Source of the DNA: Minutocellus sp. GHC0000111
Lineage: Eukaryota
Assembly (NCBI GenBank): GCA_977018835.1
Contig: OZ361258.1
Span: 4,340,001 to 4,404,000, forward strand
Reading direction: 5' to 3'
Length of the DNA stretch: 64,000 nucleotides
The notes under the pieces were generated by a model. It did not search any database. It saw only the letters and a list, made by a program, of their open reading frames with translations, and was not told the DNA's origin. The position numbers and the translations under genes were made by a program. Positions 60,567 to 64,000 of this stretch are shown here, piece after piece. Numbering within the stretch: position 1 is the first letter of the stretch; the number at the start of each line of letters is the position of its first letter.

Positions 60567-61961
60567 TCAAGTATACCTATTGAGTACCATCTCATAGAGT
60601 TCCTGCTTTCCTGAAGTTTGCTTCGGCTCTCCGTGTTCAATAATGAATGCCTCGCAATCTTCGAGCGTGAGCGTTCCCTCCTCGATCTTCTTGCCGAACC
60701 CATCATCACACGACGCGTAACGAGCCTTCACCATTTTGGACAGAACTCCATCCTCACGAATCTTTGCTGCATTTCGAAGGCCACGCGCAAAGGTATCCAT
60801 TGCTCCGATGTGGCCAATGAACAAATCCTCGTCATCGGTAGATTCGCGGCGGACCTTGCAGTCAAAGTTCAGGCCTCCAGGGGCTATTCCGCCCTGTTCG
60901 ATAATGGCCCCCATGACGAGTGTGGCCTTCTTCACATCCATCGGGAATTGGTCCGTATCCCAGCCGACGAGAGGGTCTCCCGTGTTGGAATCAACCGAGC
61001 CAAGCATACCAAATTTGGATGCAACAATAATATCGTGCTCGAAATCATGCCCAGCAAGCGTCGTATGGTTGGGCTCAATATTAAGCTTAAAATCGTCGCT
61101 GAGGCCGTAGTGGGAGAGAAATGCCATTGCCATTTGCGCATCGTAGTCATACTGGTGTTTCGATGGTTCACGAGGCTTGGGCTCTATCAGGAATTGAAAG
61201 TGATAGCCCTTTTCAGCCTTATATTTGACCGCCATTTGGTAGAGAGCGGCAAGATGGTCGAGGTCCCTCTTGATGTCAACGTTGAGTATGGACTGATAGC
61301 CTTCCCGGCCACCCCAGAACACGAGGTTTTCTCCACCGAGAGTATGCGTCACATCCATAACCTTCTTCACCTGAGATGCCCCATAAGCAAACACATGGGC
61401 ATCAGGATTGGTCGCTGCCCCGTTCATGTACCGCGGGTTGGAGAACATGTTTTGTGTTGCCCACAAGAGCTTGACACCGGTGGACTCTTGGAGCGACTTG
61501 AGATGACCAACGATCTCATCAAAGACTGCGTTGGTTTCGGCCAATGTCGAGCGTTCGGGTGACACGTCACGATCGTGAAAGGTATAGTACTCCACGCCGA
61601 GCTTGGTGAAGAGCTCAAAGGCCGCGTTGGCACGTGACTTGGCATTTTCGATGCTGTCCGTCTCGTCATCCCAGTGACGGCTTTGCGTGTTGAAGCCAAA
61701 AGGATCAGCACCCTTGCCACGGAAGGTATGCCAAAAGCAGACGGAGAAGCGAAGCCATTCCTTCATGGGTTTTCCGAGGATAATTTCTTCGGGATTGTAA
61801 AATCGGAAGCTGAGAGGATCGGTGCTCTCTGGCCCCTTGTACACGATCTTTGGCACGTTTGGAAAGTAGGATGAGGGCGGTTGCTGCTTCGGCTTCTTTG
61901 TGGCAGGCTCGCCACTATTAGCGGCGTCCTCGGCGCCCTTACATGTCGGCGCGAAACTCAT
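60567..61961 (-). CDS. xylA: Xylose isomerase (start may lie further upstream, signal-peptide-like stretch)
   Basis: FWHTFRG, FHDRD, FWGGREGY, IEPKPREP, NIEPNH and GWDTDQFP. Confidence 0.95.
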   Translation of the reverse strand: MSFAPTCKGAEDAANSGEPATKKPKQQPPSSYFPNVPKIVYKGPESTDPLSFRFYNPEEIILGKPMKEWLRFSVCFWHTFRGKGADPFGFNTQSRHWDDETDSIENAKSRANAAFELFTKLGVEYYTFHDRDVSPERSTLAETNAVFDEIVGHLKSLQESTGVKLLWATQNMFSNPRYMNGAATNPDAHVFAYGASQVKKVMDVTHTLGGENLVFWGGREGYQSILNVDIKRDLDHLAALYQMAVKYKAEKGYHFQFLIEPKPREPSKHQYDYDAQMAMAFLSHYGLSDDFKLNIEPNHTTLAGHDFEHDIIVASKFGMLGSVDSNTGDPLVGWDTDQFPMDVKKATLVMGAIIEQGGIAPGGLNFDCKVRRESTDDEDLFIGHIGAMDTFARGLRNAAKIREDGVLSKMVKARYASCDDGFGKKIEEGTLTLEDCEAFIIEHGEPKQTSGKQELYEMVLNRYT

Positions 61962-62129
61962 TTGAGGTTGCGTTGTGCAAGATATCTGGCAGTGCACCAG
62001 GGGAACAATAATAAGCGGGATGAGAAGCAAGCAAAAGATACGGACCAAATCCAAAAAGATCGTGCTTCCGTTGGGTGGCGAGGACAGACATGATCTTTGG
62101 GAGTGAAATCGTTTGCTGGCAGGGTGCTG

Positions 62130-63648
62130 TACAGAAACTTCGCCGGCGGCGTAATGCTATCAGTCGGAGCTGATAGATCTATCGATATATACAATTGTAC
62201 TTGGCTAACTAGCCCTATAACTCAGCTAACGGTCCTCAGAGGATACCGTTGCAACGATACTTCACAAGATGGGCCATTTCAGCCGTTGCCACTGACGTAT
62301 CTGCTTACGTACGGCAGACGGACGAAAACCCCCCGGCTGATTTTCTCTACTCCCCCTAGATCGACTACTGTTAGATCTAGCCTTGGGATCAGCTTCATTT
62401 CATTAAATCAATAGAATCAAATTTTAAAACATATAAAAGTATAAACCGAAGTGCTTCCCGCGCAAGCTGCTTCCCGCATGTGCTTCCCCAGTGCCCTGAG
62501 ACTCCAACCAAGTTGGATCTAATCTCACTGTGGGCACGGACCTCCTTGAGGCTCCGGCACTGGCTGGGTACATCCACACCGGTACGTCCAGCTCACCTAC
62601 GGTGCATCCACTTCTCCGCTTGGGCATCCTTCTTGACGCCCGACAGAATCTTGGTCAACATGTCGGCGATGTTGAACTTGCCGTACACGTCATTGACGAG
62701 GAGGGGGCATCGACCATGTTGCCGTTGGCCACATGCCGAGCCTTGCGAGTGAAAGCTCCGTCCATGGTGACGTCGAAGATCATGTGGGCTTCAATCCACT
62801 TATAGCCTCGGGGTGCTTTCTCCCCGTCGGCCAAAATCTCGAAGGCAACCTCGCCGAAACCAGCCTCGAATCCGTCGGCCTCGTCCATACTGCTGACAGG
62901 TTGATGCGGCGATTTGGATTCAGGCGCCGATTCTGCCTCGACGACAGCATTACACGATCATGAGCCTCAAAATCACGCCGCTTCTGGCTACGAGCCTCGG
63001 CCTTGGCATGACTGTCACTGTTGGGATCCCAGTGTAAACTACTGGTGATCTCAAAGATCGGCAGCCGATCAAGCTCGTCGTCATCGGGCGAACTGATACT
63101 AAATCCCGACGACACGCCATTGAGGGTAAAGGGGACTACTAGACGACCGTACTCCTCGCTCTCCAGCAGCACTACACCGAAGTTTGAGGTCTCGTCATGT
63201 TGAACCCACGTCGTGTCCACCCTCGTGCCTGAGTCTCCGGACTTGAGGCGTGGACATTAACGACTGCGACGCTCCCGGCTTATATAAAGCTTGGTTGACC
63301 CTCAGCAGGATCTCGCGATCATCCGTCGTCGTCACCTTGGTAACGGCATCAACTACCGGCAGGGACAAAGATCCCAGCGACTCGCTAAAGCCTGAGACCG
63401 TGTGCACTTACAGTATGGGCTGGCTGATGAACTACAGAAACTTCGCCGGCGGCGTAATGCTATCAGTCGGAGCTGATAGATCTATCGACACACAATTGTA
63501 CTTGGCTAACTAGCCCTATAACTCAGCTAACGGTCCTCAGAGGATACCGTTGCAACGATACTTCACAAGATGGGCCATTTCAGCCGTTGTCACTGACGTA
63601 TCTGCTTACGTACGGCAGACGGACGAAACCCCCGGCTGATTTTCTCTA
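62130..63648 (-). mobile_element. Internally deleted, non-autonomous Ty1/Copia-type LTR retrotransposon
   Basis: Near-identical LTRs at 62130-62349 and 63433-63648. GCTG on both flanks. PPT AGGGGGAG (62350-62357, minus). Protease-region, RT (HMIFDV...RKARHVANG) and RNase H (NIADMLTK) fragments. Confidence 0.92.
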
Positions 63649-64000
63649 GCTGCGCTGCTGCTGTGCGTGCAGTCGGCCTCATTTTCTGTCCGGCCGATAG
63701 CATTGCCCTGCCCTGTGCAGCAGTGAATGTTGCCCATGCCAAACATGAACACGCCCACCCCACGTTACCATCGCCGCGAGGCTTGCTATGCCAGTGTATG
63801 TTCGACGCTGCAAGTTCAAAAATGCGAAAGAACTACCCCCCTCAACGAAGTTCGTGCTGCATCAATTTTGGCCACCGCCAAAGAACAAATAACATCGCCC
63901 GACACCCACCACCGCTTCGAGGACATCGTAGGTCACTTCTGGGCTGGAACGGAATATTTCTTTGAAGTCCGTTGGGAAAATGGCGAGGTTACTAGGGAGC

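Noticed and set aside
62227..62236. TAACGGTCCT match to the rRNA/I-CeuI site inside the LTR
   Set aside because: Only 10 bp with non-matching flanks; most likely chance.

Overview
This is eukaryotic nuclear DNA, most likely from a diatom (stramenopile). It has compact genes with short GT-AG introns, and several proteins carry bipartite signal-peptide + 'AF' plastid-targeting motifs. About 30 genes or gene remnants are present. Intact conserved genes include an NAK/STK16-like kinase (partial), UNC-45, a TLC protein, LSG1, a DHHC-like acyltransferase, an AADAT-like aminotransferase, plastid FtsH, ferredoxin-sulfite reductase, a Ysc84/SYLF protein, TypA/BipA, a MOSC protein, a Tim17-family protein, an aldose-1-epimerase-like protein, an SDR, an EcKinase-like protein and xylose isomerase. 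Many other genes are damaged by frameshifts, a premature TGA, an 8-bp palindromic insertion, or deletions that join neighbouring gene halves. This suggests a decaying haplotype or duplicate region, although some 1-nt indels may be assembly errors. A 1.5-kb internally deleted Copia-type LTR element with TA...TA termini and a 4-bp target-site duplication sits just upstream of xylose isomerase. The best candidate for something undescribed is a non-coding region at ~25.95-26.55 kb: a diverged duplicated unit whose long hairpin is kept by compensatory base changes, nested inside a larger fold-back. All calls were made by eye, with no database searches.
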